Source of the DNA: an uncultured Bacteroidaceae bacterium
Lineage (GTDB): Bacteria; Bacteroidota; Bacteroidia; Bacteroidales; GCA-2748055
Direction of reading: 5' to 3'
Length of the DNA: 64,000 nt
Assembly: GCA_964426915.1 (NCBI GenBank)
Contig: CAYRTD010000001.1
Location: 713 to 64,712 of the forward strand
Below the pieces are notes generated by a model. It was not told the origin of the DNA and made no database searches. It saw only the letters and a list, made by a program, of their open reading frames with translations. Shown piece by piece: positions 10,398-20,337 of this stretch (position 1 is its first letter; every line of letters starts with the position of its first letter). The position numbers were made by a program, and so were the translations under genes.

Positions 10398-12905
10398 TCA
10401 GTTTAGGTTTCCTGTAATTAACAATGTATCTGATGGCAATTCTTTAACCTCCAAATTTTCCAGGGGATGCCATTTTTCCCTGTTCTTTAATTTATACAAC
10501 ACCGTGTAATTCCCAGGTTCAAAAACAAAGGGGGCAAACTGCGAGCCTTTTATTCTGAGGGAATAGACAAGTTTTTCATTGCTTGTATTATAGACCCTTA
10601 TTACGGGATCAACTTCGGTGTCAAAATCTAAAACAGGAAGGTAGCCGTATCTCTTCTTTCCATAGTTTTCAGTTTGATTAACTGTTAAGGGCCACCCTGG
10701 AAATTGCGTATCCTCCGGACCTGATGAAAGATCGGCTAAAAAGTGATAAGCTTCCGATTTAAGGGTTCTTTTCTTCGTGTCAATGCTAATAAATCCAAAA
10801 CCCGAGGCCGATTTGTCGGCCCTGATATATCGGTTTTCAGCGGTTGTTTCTTCATCCGGATTTCCCACGGCATAGATATAATTAGGATTTCCGAAAATAT
10901 CCTTATATAGACCTGTATTGGGATTCCCGTGTTCTGGTCTTCCTTCTACTTCCCAGCCAAGTTTGTCGGGAAGAAATCTCCTCTGGTAACCTACGGTGAT
11001 AGCGGGTGTGCAAAAAGCCCATCCTGCATCCCGGTATTCATCAATGCCGTATTGGAGCTGAATGGGTAAATGCTGATCTCCTGCTATATGGTAAGCAAAC
11101 CCTTTTCTGATAACTCTCAGGGCCCTGTCTCTGGCCGATTTGGGCCAGCCTCCTGAATCCAGGTCGCCATGGAGGACCATTTTATCGCCTCCGTGATGTG
11201 TTGGTACATTGGCGAAAATAGTCTGACTTAACAGAATTTTTAAATAACTTTCTTCCCAGTCTTCCACCCAGTGCTCCAGAAATTTAATCTGGCGATCCCC
11301 GAGAAGCGTTATGCCTTCCTTATCCAGTACGGAAGGATCTTCCAAAGGTGTTTTGATATGATCCCGTCTTCCTTCCCATGTAGAAACATTTTCGGGACCG
11401 GATTTGAATATACGGTCACCTACAATAGCAAAGCTTACTCCACCATATAAAAGATCGGTATAATAGACGTCGATGCCTTGTTTCATGGGAGTTGGATCGT
11501 AAGGGTCGGGAAGATGGGAACTATTGGTATGAACCACCACGTTAACCATTTTCGCAGGCTCAACAAATCCACCAATGGCATCAGCATGTTCCTGCCATTT
11601 ATCCAGGCTCACATTTTCTCCTCCTTCTCCCCACAGGTTACCCTGATAAACTTCATGGTCATCGTGAATCGCTATGGTGGGCCGGTTGCGCATTAAATCG
11701 CCAAAGGCCCAGCCGAACATATACCATTTGCCCAGGTAGTTCAGGATAGCAGCATCGGCAGGGAAGCGGACTATACCATATCCCCCGTTCGGTTCATAAA
11801 GCTGATCCCCGGAAAAATAAAGCATATCGGGATCCAGCCGGTCCAGATTCTCCACGAGAGGCCGGTAAGGAAAACCATAGTGCATCTGACAGGTAAGTCC
11901 TCCCATTGTAAGGGTTCCCTCATCCGGTTCTTTGCGTATCATTCCTTTATAATAATGTTTTTTTCCATCGAGATTATAAACCAGACGGTAATTATGATCC
12001 ATCGTGTCGACCCAGTTTTTTACACGGAATGTGGCTATCCGGGAATCCGGATCTATACCCGAAGAACTCAGATCGATCCAGTTCCTGCCATTTTTCATCT
12101 GAAGGAGAACCATTTCTCTATCACCGGGAGAAAGAGGGGGCATTTGGGCTGTCATTTTCAGTTCGGATTTACTCAGTGTGTACATCGACCAAAAAACAGG
12201 ACCAAAACTACGATCGGGATAATTATTTACATTATTTCCTGAGAGACTTATGTTATCAAACCAGTAGTAGCTCCCTTCAGGGAAAAAACCAGATTCGAAA
12301 TGGTTGCTTACCAGACTGATCATACCATCAAGACTCTCAAATCCGGAAGTTTCCAGGTGCAGTGAATTTCCATGTATATCGATCAGTTCGGCTTCAAGGA
12401 TTTTATTTTTTCTTCCCTGCTTTCCTTTCACTCTGAGAATAAAAGAGGACTGATCGAAAGTTTCCGGCATCAAAAGTTCTTCGTCCCCAAGGAAAAACTG
12501 CTTTGAATTCTTTATCCCTATATCAATGCCTTTGCCAAAGTAACACAGGGACCGATAGTCGGAATCGGTATGATCTTTTATCGCCACTCTTATACCTGCA
12601 CTTCCCTGACCTTCACCTTCTTTCAGAATTCCCATCCGGACAGAAAAGATAAAACTCCCATTGCCGGAAATATCCGTAGTAAGGAAATTTACCCTCATGT
12701 TAGCCCTGTCTCCCACACATTCTATTCTTCCATCTCTGAGCCTCCAGTCTTCGAGTGGAATAGCCCAGAATTCCTCTCCTATCCATACCCTGTTATCTGA
12801 ATCATCGAAAGTAAAATAGGTTTGTTTCTTATCTCCGCAGGAAAATAAAATTAAAGAAGTAAATACCAGGGCCAGGAGCTGAGGAAAAACTTTTTTTAAT
12901 TTCAT
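10398..12905 (-). CDS. Large lipoprotein with a PhoD-like metallophosphatase domain
   Basis: It has a lipoprotein signal ('LILFSCGD'). Metallophosphatase-type motifs 'YFSGDQLYE', 'IAIHDDHEVYQGNLWG' and 'HIAGDQHLP' occur in the order expected for the PhoD-like family. Length is 835 aa. Confidence 0.6.
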   Translation of the reverse strand: MKLKKVFPQLLALVFTSLILFSCGDKKQTYFTFDDSDNRVWIGEEFWAIPLEDWRLRDGRIECVGDRANMRVNFLTTDISGNGSFIFSVRMGILKEGEGQGSAGIRVAIKDHTDSDYRSLCYFGKGIDIGIKNSKQFFLGDEELLMPETFDQSSFILRVKGKQGRKNKILEAELIDIHGNSLHLETSGFESLDGMISLVSNHFESGFFPEGSYYWFDNISLSGNNVNNYPDRSFGPVFWSMYTLSKSELKMTAQMPPLSPGDREMVLLQMKNGRNWIDLSSSGIDPDSRIATFRVKNWVDTMDHNYRLVYNLDGKKHYYKGMIRKEPDEGTLTMGGLTCQMHYGFPYRPLVENLDRLDPDMLYFSGDQLYEPNGGYGIVRFPADAAILNYLGKWYMFGWAFGDLMRNRPTIAIHDDHEVYQGNLWGEGGENVSLDKWQEHADAIGGFVEPAKMVNVVVHTNSSHLPDPYDPTPMKQGIDVYYTDLLYGGVSFAIVGDRIFKSGPENVSTWEGRRDHIKTPLEDPSVLDKEGITLLGDRQIKFLEHWVEDWEESYLKILLSQTIFANVPTHHGGDKMVLHGDLDSGGWPKSARDRALRVIRKGFAYHIAGDQHLPIQLQYGIDEYRDAGWAFCTPAITVGYQRRFLPDKLGWEVEGRPEHGNPNTGLYKDIFGNPNYIYAVGNPDEETTAENRYIRADKSASGFGFISIDTKKRTLKSEAYHFLADLSSGPEDTQFPGWPLTVNQTENYGKKRYGYLPVLDFDTEVDPVIRVYNTSNEKLVYSLRIKGSQFAPFVFEPGNYTVLYKLKNREKWHPLENLEVKELPSDTLLITGNLN

Positions 12906-13019
12906 AATGGATATGATTTAGGTTTGAATGGCTATAAAGGATAAAATTAATACCAAAGCAGGCAGGAAACAAAAAAAACTGATAATGTTTCAGGGTTGAC
13001 AATGATTATGACAGATTTT

Positions 13020-13703
13020 TTAATCATCATCATCATCCAGGGTAGTAATCAGATCATCTGCATTTTTTATTTTATTCTTATCGTAATAATAAACCACGAG
13101 TCTTGCGGTATCCCTCAAAAAATTTATTGAATTAACATCTACCCTGTGAATGTTAATTCCTGTGCGTTCCCGAAGGTCCCGGATTAGCTCGTCTCTTTTA
13201 TCCTCATTTATGAGATCTATCTTTTCATAAGTAATCCTTTTTGAAGATTCATGACTCAGGAGAAAGACAAATTCAAGTAGCCAGAGTATAATGATTATTA
13301 CAATATTGCTGAAAAAAACTTCGGCATAAGGTATGTAATCGTCAGAAATAGAGTTAATTACAGCCACACCAATTACTACAAAGAGGTAGGTCATTTCCTT
13401 GATTGGTACAGGATTGGTTCTGTATCTGAGGATTCCGAAAATTGCAAAAAGTCCGAATGCGAAACCCAACTTGAGTTCTACTCCTGATAAAAGGTAGGCC
13501 AAAAGAAAAATGAGTGTGTTTATCAAAAGATAGGTGAACAGATAATCTTTACGGTTCGTTTTCTTGTAATAGATATATCTTACAATGATAACAGCTATCA
13601 CCAGGTTAAATAGAAATCTCAGAATAAAATCAGAAAAACTCGTAAACTCAAAGAAGGTAATACTATTCTGCATGTTCAGATTTGGGATAGCAAAGAAATT
13701 CAT
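13020..13703 (-). CDS. DUF4956-type integral membrane protein
   Basis: It has several TM helices and then a charged C-terminal tail ending in DDDDD. This architecture, paired with an upstream VTC-domain gene, matches the DUF4956 family as I recall it. The start may be the internal Met 10 codons downstream. Confidence 0.6.
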   Translation of the reverse strand: MNFFAIPNLNMQNSITFFEFTSFSDFILRFLFNLVIAVIIVRYIYYKKTNRKDYLFTYLLINTLIFLLAYLLSGVELKLGFAFGLFAIFGILRYRTNPVPIKEMTYLFVVIGVAVINSISDDYIPYAEVFFSNIVIIIILWLLEFVFLLSHESSKRITYEKIDLINEDKRDELIRDLRERTGINIHRVDVNSINFLRDTARLVVYYYDKNKIKNADDLITTLDDDDD

Positions 13704-14499
13704 TCTCTATTTTTTTTAGGGTTAAAATTATGTTTTTAAAATTATTGGATTTAACCTCATCATTCAGCAATGCCATACCGGTACAATATTTACTGAAATT
13801 TGTGGAATAGACGGATTTTTCTTTCAAAAGATCCTCAATTATTGATGAGCTGTGAATATTACATTTCTTTATCTCCATAATGCCCAGACCGGGCAATGAG
13901 ATATTTTTCCCGTTTAAAGACAGCTCAGGAAAGCAATCTATTGTAACACGTTCCTTTTGAAGATTATTCTGAAGTGTGAGTCTGAAAAATTCGCTTTTAA
14001 GTGTTTTCCGGAGTTGATCAAATTTATAGTGAGTTAATTCTTCAATAAGATCCTTTGCTTCCGGAGATATTTTCCCGGAATCATCCAGCTTTGTCCTTCT
14101 CTTGACCATTAGACCTTTATTGGTTTTTCTTTTGATTTCCAGGAAGGTTTCACCGGTATCTATATATTTTCTCAGGCGTATTTTAAAGCGGTTTACTTTT
14201 CCGTTATGATGCTCGTTATACATTTGATAATCCTCTGTATCGTAATATTCAGATTGATAAGACATCAGTTTTTTTCCATCAATTTCCAGAACACAATAGC
14301 AGTCTTTAAGATGAGATATAATTTCGGGGATAAGCTGGCTTCTGAAAATGTACTTTTTATCATAACGGGTCATTTGATTTTCAGACGACATCTGATGAAG
14401 GGAAATAGATTCAAAATCCGATACAGAGCCTTTAATGCTTTCTTTTAGAAATGTTATTTTTTCAGTTGTTGTCATATCAGATTTCGAACTTGTATTCAA
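13663..14499 (-). CDS. VTC-domain protein (Vtc4-like polyphosphate polymerase / triphosphate-tunnel fold)
   Basis: A 278-aa protein with 'RYDKKYIF', 'YYDTEDYQMYNEHHNGKVNRFKIRLRKYIDTGETFLEIKRKTNKGLMVKRR', a pattern of alternating basic residues on beta strands typical of VTC/TTM tunnel domains. Confidence 0.75.
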   Translation of the reverse strand: MNTSSKSDMTTTEKITFLKESIKGSVSDFESISLHQMSSENQMTRYDKKYIFRSQLIPEIISHLKDCYCVLEIDGKKLMSYQSEYYDTEDYQMYNEHHNGKVNRFKIRLRKYIDTGETFLEIKRKTNKGLMVKRRTKLDDSGKISPEAKDLIEELTHYKFDQLRKTLKSEFFRLTLQNNLQKERVTIDCFPELSLNGKNISLPGLGIMEIKKCNIHSSSIIEDLLKEKSVYSTNFSKYCTGMALLNDEVKSNNFKNIILTLKKIENEFLCYPKSEHAE

Positions 14500-15160
14500 G
14501 GCTGATTATATGATTCTGCCGGGGGTTTTTTACGTTTATGGTTTTATGAAAAACATAGGATAATTCAATTGAATTCTTTTTATTGAGTTCATATTCAACT
14601 CCTGCGATAAATCTTCTACGTTTAAACAAATCATTGCCTCTTTGGTCCAGAAAATAATAAAGTTCATAACTGGCAGAGGGTTCAAAATTCGATTTTTTTA
14701 TGTTGTAACTTGCTTTAAGCCGGTTCCTGAAAAATTTTTCGGGAATGCATCCATCCTCCGAAGAATATATGTTAAAGTACTGACTTTGAAATCTTGTCCT
14801 GTAATCAAATGAAAACCGCTTCCATTCAGGCCTAAATCTTAGCTGCCAGATAAACCGGTTTGAATATCCGTAATGGCCTTTTTCTTCTTCATTATTATTG
14901 CTTATCCGGTAACCAAAACCTGCTGCAAAAAGTCCTTTACGGTAAGATATCCTGGTATCAAGAAAGCTCTTATCTCTCCGGTTAAGGTTATCCCTTATCC
15001 TGTTCTCAATACTAACATTCAGTTCAAACCTTTTCCCGATATTGGCTTCTGTCCCCACTGAAGTCCATAAGCCAAAATCTTCATTCTGGGCAAAAACTAC
15101 GGCTGTATTTCCAATAATGATTATTAGACAGGCAATTATTAATTGTTTTTTCATCTGCAC
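14477..15160 (-). CDS. Predicted outer-membrane beta-barrel protein (DUF2490-like)
   Basis: It has a signal peptide, an alternating amphipathic strand pattern, aromatic-rich strands and a terminal '...ISLEYKFEI'. The family assignment is from memory and is not verified. Confidence 0.5.
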   Translation of the reverse strand: MQMKKQLIIACLIIIIGNTAVVFAQNEDFGLWTSVGTEANIGKRFELNVSIENRIRDNLNRRDKSFLDTRISYRKGLFAAGFGYRISNNNEEEKGHYGYSNRFIWQLRFRPEWKRFSFDYRTRFQSQYFNIYSSEDGCIPEKFFRNRLKASYNIKKSNFEPSASYELYYFLDQRGNDLFKRRRFIAGVEYELNKKNSIELSYVFHKTINVKNPRQNHIISLEYKFEI

Positions 15161-15177
15161 TATAACCTTCAGTAAGC

Positions 15178-15588
15178 TTAATCGAATATCTGAATATCGT
15201 CAACAATATGGGTAGAATTATTTTCATTTATAAACACTTCCCTCATCACAGGCACCAGTCCTGAAGGAGATGTACGGGTAGAATCTTTTGACATGGCATA
15301 AATTTTATATTCTCCTTTGGTCAGGTATTTGAATCTATACCAGCCTCCCAATCCCGTTTCAAAATCATCGGAATAAATACTGTCCTTCCCGTAAATGATA
15401 TATACATCCACGCCTTCACTATAATATTCACTGAATTTTATCGAAAAATCATTATTATAATCTTTCACTTTTACCCTGCCCATAATTACGGAGGTTCCCC
15501 CTTCTCCCTCTGTTTTTTCACATGAAGGAAAAAGAAATACGGAAAGGATGAAAATTAGGCCGAGATGAAATGCCTGGCTATGCTTCAT
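15178..15588 (-). CDS. Small lipoprotein, unknown function
   Basis: It has a lipobox ('FLFPSCEK'), is 136 aa long and has a beta-rich composition. It is the first gene of the 15588-13020 operon. Confidence 0.55.
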   Translation of the reverse strand: MKHSQAFHLGLIFILSVFLFPSCEKTEGEGGTSVIMGRVKVKDYNNDFSIKFSEYYSEGVDVYIIYGKDSIYSDDFETGLGGWYRFKYLTKGEYKIYAMSKDSTRTSPSGLVPVMREVFINENNSTHIVDDIQIFD

Positions 15589-15789
15589 GTTGCTTGCATG
15601 TTAAATTAATCTTTAGCAAAGATAAAAATTGTATTAAGAAAAAGAAGTGGTTTTTAACCATCATATATAATAGTGAAAGGATCCCAGCCTATGCTGATCC
15701 GTGCCTGGGGAGGCTGCTTAAAAAGTCCATGTAGATGTTGGAATCCTTACAAATTGAAAGTGAATGCCTAAGAATTGCATTTTTGCAAT

Positions 15790-15838
15790 GAAAGAACAGA
15801 CCCTAAGGGTTTTCGAAACCCTTAGGGTCTGTTCTTTC
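15790..15838. terminator. Perfect 23-bp stem / 3-nt loop hairpin downstream of purL
   Basis: 'gaaagaacagaccctaagggttt-tcg-aaacccttagggtctgttctttc' begins 30 nt after the purL stop codon. There is no U-tract on either side. Confidence 0.6.
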
Positions 15839-15867
15839 AGCCGATTGGTACCTTCAAATGACTCACT

Positions 15868-18800
15868 TCATCCTTTAACTCTCTTATTCTCAAGGATCCA
15901 GTTCTTTGCATTTACAAAAGCCTCTATCCATGGGGTAAGTTCATCATTTCTGCGTTCTTCGGGATAATATGCACACTGCCAGGGAAAAAAGGCTCTTTCC
16001 AGATGAGGCATGATGGCAAGATGACGGCCGTCACCTGAACAGATGGCCGCTGTTGAAAAATCTGAACCGTTAGGATTTCCGGGATAATTGTCGTTGCTGT
16101 ATTTTACCGGAATATGGTAACTGTTTTCTTCTTCGGGAAGTGAAAATTTTCCTTCACCATGAGCCACCCATATCCCGAGTTTCATTCCTTCAAGGCTTTT
16201 AAGCATAACAGATTTGTTCGAAAGTATATCCACATTTAAAAAGGCGGATTCAAATTTTCCTGAAGAATTACGAAGCATTTTAACTTTCCTGCTATGCTCC
16301 GGATAGATAAGATCAAGTTCTGCCATCAGTTGACAACCATTACAAACACCAAGACTTAGAGTGTCTTCCCTTTTATAAAAGTTTTCCAATGCCTGCCTTG
16401 CTTTATCATTATACTTAAATGCTCCGGCCCATCCCTTTGCTGATCCCAGCACATCGGAATTGGAAAAGCCACCTACAAACACGATCATATTTATGTCTTC
16501 AAGATCTTCTCTTCCTGTTATCAGATCAGTCATATGGACATCTTTAACATCCATACCCGCAAGGTGCATGGCAAAAGCCATCTCCCGGTCCCCGTTCACT
16601 CCTTTTTCCCTGATGATTGCCGTTTTGATGCCGGTTTTTTCCTTCCTGCCGGGATCAATCCCCATCGATTCGTAACTCCCATCAAAGTCTTTCAGATTGA
16701 ATGTAAGAGCTTGGTTTTTATAGTTATTGAATCTTTCCCGGGCAATTTCATCACCACTTTGTTTACGATCAAGTAGGTAGGATGAAGAGTACCATTTATC
16801 CCTGTATTCAGGAATATCGAAAACAAAATCCCTTCCTTCTGCATTCAGTTCAATTTTACCATTGAATTCCGGTCGTCCCAGATTCAGATAGTCGATATCA
16901 TTATCATCCAGCACATCCAGAAGTGATTCATTTTTGACCTGAATGATAATTCCGGGGTTCTCTGAAAAGAGAACTTTTATTATATCTTTTTCGGCAGGAT
17001 GATTTATTCTGAGGTTCATTCCTGCTCCGGGCACGGCAAAACACATCTCCATAAGAGCTGTAATCATGCCCCCGGCTGAGATGTCGTGACCTGCAAGGAT
17101 GTTTTCTTCCGAAATCATTTTTTGCACAAGAGTGAAGGCTGAAATAAAGTAATCCACATCTCTTACGGTAGGACTTTCCTTACCGAGTTTATTCATACTT
17201 TGTGAGAACGCGCTGCCACCAAGTTTTAAATCATCTCTCGACAGGTCAATATATACGATGCGGGAATCTTTATCATTTCTTAAGACCGGCTCAATAATTT
17301 TCCTGAGGTCATTTACCTCCGCTGCTGCAGAAATGATCACAGTTCCGGGGGAATAAACGATATCATTCCTGTATTTCTGCGTCATTGAAAGTGAATCCTT
17401 TCCGGTAGGAATATTTATCCCAAGGCTGAGGGCGAAATTACTGGCTGCTTTTGCAGCATAATAAAGGCGGGAATCTTCTCCTGCATTTTTACAGGGCCAC
17501 ATCCAGTTTGCTGACAGGCTGATCCCTCTCAATCCATAAGTAAGGGGAGCCCAGATAATATTTGTCAGCGATTCTGCAATCGAAAGAACAGATCCTGCTC
17601 CGGGATCGATCATCCCTGCCTGTGGTGCATGACCAATTGAGGTGGCGTATGCCTTTTCACCTCTGTAATCAATAGCCATTGCTCCCAGATTGTTAAGGGG
17701 TAACTGAAGAGGACCTGCAGACTGTTGCTTTGCGACTTTACCTGTTACCGAGCGATCGACTTTATTGGTAAGCCAGTCTTTACAGGCTACTGCTTCCATT
17801 TGCAAAACTTCGGATAGATAATCTTCGAGTTTTTCCTGATCGTATTCAGCAGGGGCGAAATCCGGTTCGACGGTGACATCCTTCATCACTGTCACCGGGG
17901 GATTTCCGAACATATCGCCGAGTTCAAGGTCTATAGGTTTTTCTCCTGTCTTTTCATCCACGAATGTAAAACGGTGATCTCCGGTAACCTCGCCGATCAC
18001 ATAAAAAGGTGCTCTTTCGCGTTCTGATATTTGACGAAGCTGTTCAATATCTTCTTTTTTAATAACCAGCCCCATTCTTTCCTGAGATTCATTTCCAATG
18101 ATCTCTTTGGCTGAAAGGGTAGGATCTCCTACCGGCAGTTTATTGATCCGGATTATTCCACCGGTTTCTTCAACCAGTTCAGAAAGACAGTTTAAGTGTC
18201 CTCCGGCTCCGTGATCATGTATGGAAATAACCGGGTTATCCGTAGATTCTGCGAGTGCTCTTATTACATTATATACTCGTTTCTGCATTTCCGGATTCGC
18301 TCTTTGCACGGCGTTAAGCTCTATCCTGTTGGCATATTCGCCTGTCGCAACAGAGGAAACAGCACCTCCACCCATGCCAATCCGGTAGTTATCGCCTCCA
18401 AGCAGAACAACCACATCTCCCTTTTGAGGTATATCTTTTTGGGTATCCTCCTTTTTTCCGAAGCCTATACCTCCTGCCAGCATGATTACTTTATCATAAG
18501 CGAATTTTTTAGCGTTTTCGAAGTGTTCAAATGTAAGGAGGCTTCCGCATATCAGTGGCTGACCGAATTTATTGCCAAAATCGCTTGCTCCGTTTGAGGC
18601 TTTTATAAGGATTTCTTCCGGTGTTTGATATAACCAGGGTCTCTCCCCGAATGCTTTTTCCCAGCTTCTGGGGCCTTCCGACCTGGGATAAGAAGTCATA
18701 TAAACAGCGGTTCCGGCCAGGGGGAGGGCACCTTTTCCACCTCCCATACGATCTCGTATTTCACCTCCTGTTCCGGTGGAGGCTCCATTGAATGGCTCAA

Positions 18801-19563
18801 CGGTTGTGGGGAAATTATGGGTTTCAGCTTTCAGCGAAAGAATTGTGTCTATTTCCCTGGTGGAAAAATAGGCGGAAGTATCCTGACGAAGGGGAGCAAA
18901 CTGTTCTGCCCGGGGACCTTCGGCAAAAGCACAATTATCTTTATATGCGGAAACGACTTTATTCGGATTTTTCTTTGTGGTTTTTTTAATCAGCTGGAAC
19001 AAACTGGATTCTTTTTCCTCACCATTGATGATGAAAATTCCGTTAAAAATTTTATGCCGGCAGTGTTCGGAATTTACTTGTGAGAATCCAAAGACCTCAC
19101 TATCGGTCAGTTTTCGCCCCAGCTTTTGACTCAGATCCTCCAGGTACTGTATTTCCTCAGGATTAAGGGCCAGACCTTCCTCTTTGTTATACTTCGCAAT
19201 ATCATCAATTTCGAGTATTATTTCAGGCACCCTGTTTATGGTAAAAATATCTTTATCGAGGTTTTTGTATAGCCTTTGAAGCATGGGATCAAATTCTGCA
19301 TTTTCATCATCGGTCTGAAAATACTCTTCCATTCTTTTTAAATCAGGGATACCCATATTTGCAGCAATTTCAACCGCATTTGTACTCCAGGGAGTAATCA
19401 TTTCTTTTCTTGGCCCGATAAAATATCCTCTGATCATATCCTGATCCAGATATTTTGCATCATTGAGTAACCAGGAAAGCTTGTTTAAATCCTGTTTCCG
19501 GAGCTTTACTTCCGAATCTATTGCAATGTATTGACTGTCACTAATTTTAAAGAAATTTACCAT
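15868..19563 (-). CDS. purL: Phosphoribosylformylglycinamidine synthase (single-chain, large form)
   Basis: A 1231-aa protein with AIR-synthase-like repeats and a C-terminal glutaminase domain containing 'LGVCNGCQLM'. Confidence 0.96.
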   Translation of the reverse strand: MVNFFKISDSQYIAIDSEVKLRKQDLNKLSWLLNDAKYLDQDMIRGYFIGPRKEMITPWSTNAVEIAANMGIPDLKRMEEYFQTDDENAEFDPMLQRLYKNLDKDIFTINRVPEIILEIDDIAKYNKEEGLALNPEEIQYLEDLSQKLGRKLTDSEVFGFSQVNSEHCRHKIFNGIFIINGEEKESSLFQLIKKTTKKNPNKVVSAYKDNCAFAEGPRAEQFAPLRQDTSAYFSTREIDTILSLKAETHNFPTTVEPFNGASTGTGGEIRDRMGGGKGALPLAGTAVYMTSYPRSEGPRSWEKAFGERPWLYQTPEEILIKASNGASDFGNKFGQPLICGSLLTFEHFENAKKFAYDKVIMLAGGIGFGKKEDTQKDIPQKGDVVVLLGGDNYRIGMGGGAVSSVATGEYANRIELNAVQRANPEMQKRVYNVIRALAESTDNPVISIHDHGAGGHLNCLSELVEETGGIIRINKLPVGDPTLSAKEIIGNESQERMGLVIKKEDIEQLRQISERERAPFYVIGEVTGDHRFTFVDEKTGEKPIDLELGDMFGNPPVTVMKDVTVEPDFAPAEYDQEKLEDYLSEVLQMEAVACKDWLTNKVDRSVTGKVAKQQSAGPLQLPLNNLGAMAIDYRGEKAYATSIGHAPQAGMIDPGAGSVLSIAESLTNIIWAPLTYGLRGISLSANWMWPCKNAGEDSRLYYAAKAASNFALSLGINIPTGKDSLSMTQKYRNDIVYSPGTVIISAAAEVNDLRKIIEPVLRNDKDSRIVYIDLSRDDLKLGGSAFSQSMNKLGKESPTVRDVDYFISAFTLVQKMISEENILAGHDISAGGMITALMEMCFAVPGAGMNLRINHPAEKDIIKVLFSENPGIIIQVKNESLLDVLDDNDIDYLNLGRPEFNGKIELNAEGRDFVFDIPEYRDKWYSSSYLLDRKQSGDEIARERFNNYKNQALTFNLKDFDGSYESMGIDPGRKEKTGIKTAIIREKGVNGDREMAFAMHLAGMDVKDVHMTDLITGREDLEDINMIVFVGGFSNSDVLGSAKGWAGAFKYNDKARQALENFYKREDTLSLGVCNGCQLMAELDLIYPEHSRKVKMLRNSSGKFESAFLNVDILSNKSVMLKSLEGMKLGIWVAHGEGKFSLPEEENSYHIPVKYSNDNYPGNPNGSDFSTAAICSGDGRHLAIMPHLERAFFPWQCAYYPEERRNDELTPWIEAFVNAKNWILENKRVKG

Positions 19564-19719
19564 GGGAAGGGAATTTGGTGTTATGCCTGAAAATATAACA
19601 CAAAGATAATTAATGAGTCGAAATAATTCAGATCATTTTAAACTAAAAGCCCTAAAATATGTCATATTAAACCATTAATATTGTATTCTCTTAGCCACTA
19701 TTACGGAAATATAATTGCC

Positions 19720-20319
19720 ATGAAAGAATTTTGGAATCAACGTTTTGATCGTGATGAATTTGTTTATGGAAAGGATCCCAGTCTTTTTTTTGGTAAACAG
19801 TTATGGGATCAGAAATTCGGCCGACTTCTTCTTCCGGGTGAAGGTGAAGGCAGAAACGCTGTTTATGCCGCAAAAAAAGGCTGGTTTGTTCATGCTTTCG
19901 ACCAGAGTAATGTTGCTGCAGCCAAAGCCATTAAATTCAGCAGATCTGAAAATGTGAAATTTGAATATCAGATAACGGATATGCAGGACTTTGAAACTGC
20001 AGAGGATTATTATCATCTTGTTGGAGTGGCATTTCTTCATCTCCCCCCTGATGAAAGGATAATATTTCATAAAAGAATAATGAAAAGTCTACTGCCGGGT
20101 GGAAAGATTATTGCCGAATATTTTTCAAAAAAGCAAATTTCCTTTGATAGCGGAGGTCCAAAAAATCCTAAAATGCTTTACGATATTTCAGAACTGAAGC
20201 AGGATTTTCAGGATATGAAAATTCTGCATCTTAAAGAAATGTTCATAAGCCAGGAAGGAGGGGATTTTCACAGGGGTAATGCCTGGGTTTTACATCTTGT
20301 TTGTGAAAAGCCCGAATAG
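19720..20319 (+). CDS. Class I SAM-dependent methyltransferase
   Basis: It has 'RLLLPGEGEGRNAVYAA' (motif I-like) and begins 'MKEFWNQRF'. I moved the start to the ATG at 19720 rather than the TTG at 19681. Confidence 0.75.
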   Translation: MKEFWNQRFDRDEFVYGKDPSLFFGKQLWDQKFGRLLLPGEGEGRNAVYAAKKGWFVHAFDQSNVAAAKAIKFSRSENVKFEYQITDMQDFETAEDYYHLVGVAFLHLPPDERIIFHKRIMKSLLPGGKIIAEYFSKKQISFDSGGPKNPKMLYDISELKQDFQDMKILHLKEMFISQEGGDFHRGNAWVLHLVCEKPE

Positions 20320-20337
20320 CAGGTTAGCTTTAAAAAT

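Noticed and set aside
18196-18597. Antisense or alternate-frame ORFs nested inside long confident genes. Examples are 3364..3633, 3420..3626, 3749..4015, 5071..5328, 11880..12242, 16460..16776, 18196..18597, 24346..24774, 25409..25813, 28575..28970, 33626..34556, 42516..42851, 44061..44414, 50156..50667, 53732..54052 and 57989..58642.
   Set aside because: Each lies wholly inside a gene with strong family motifs on the other strand or frame. Their translations are low-complexity or Ser/Leu/Phe-rich, as expected for shadow ORFs.
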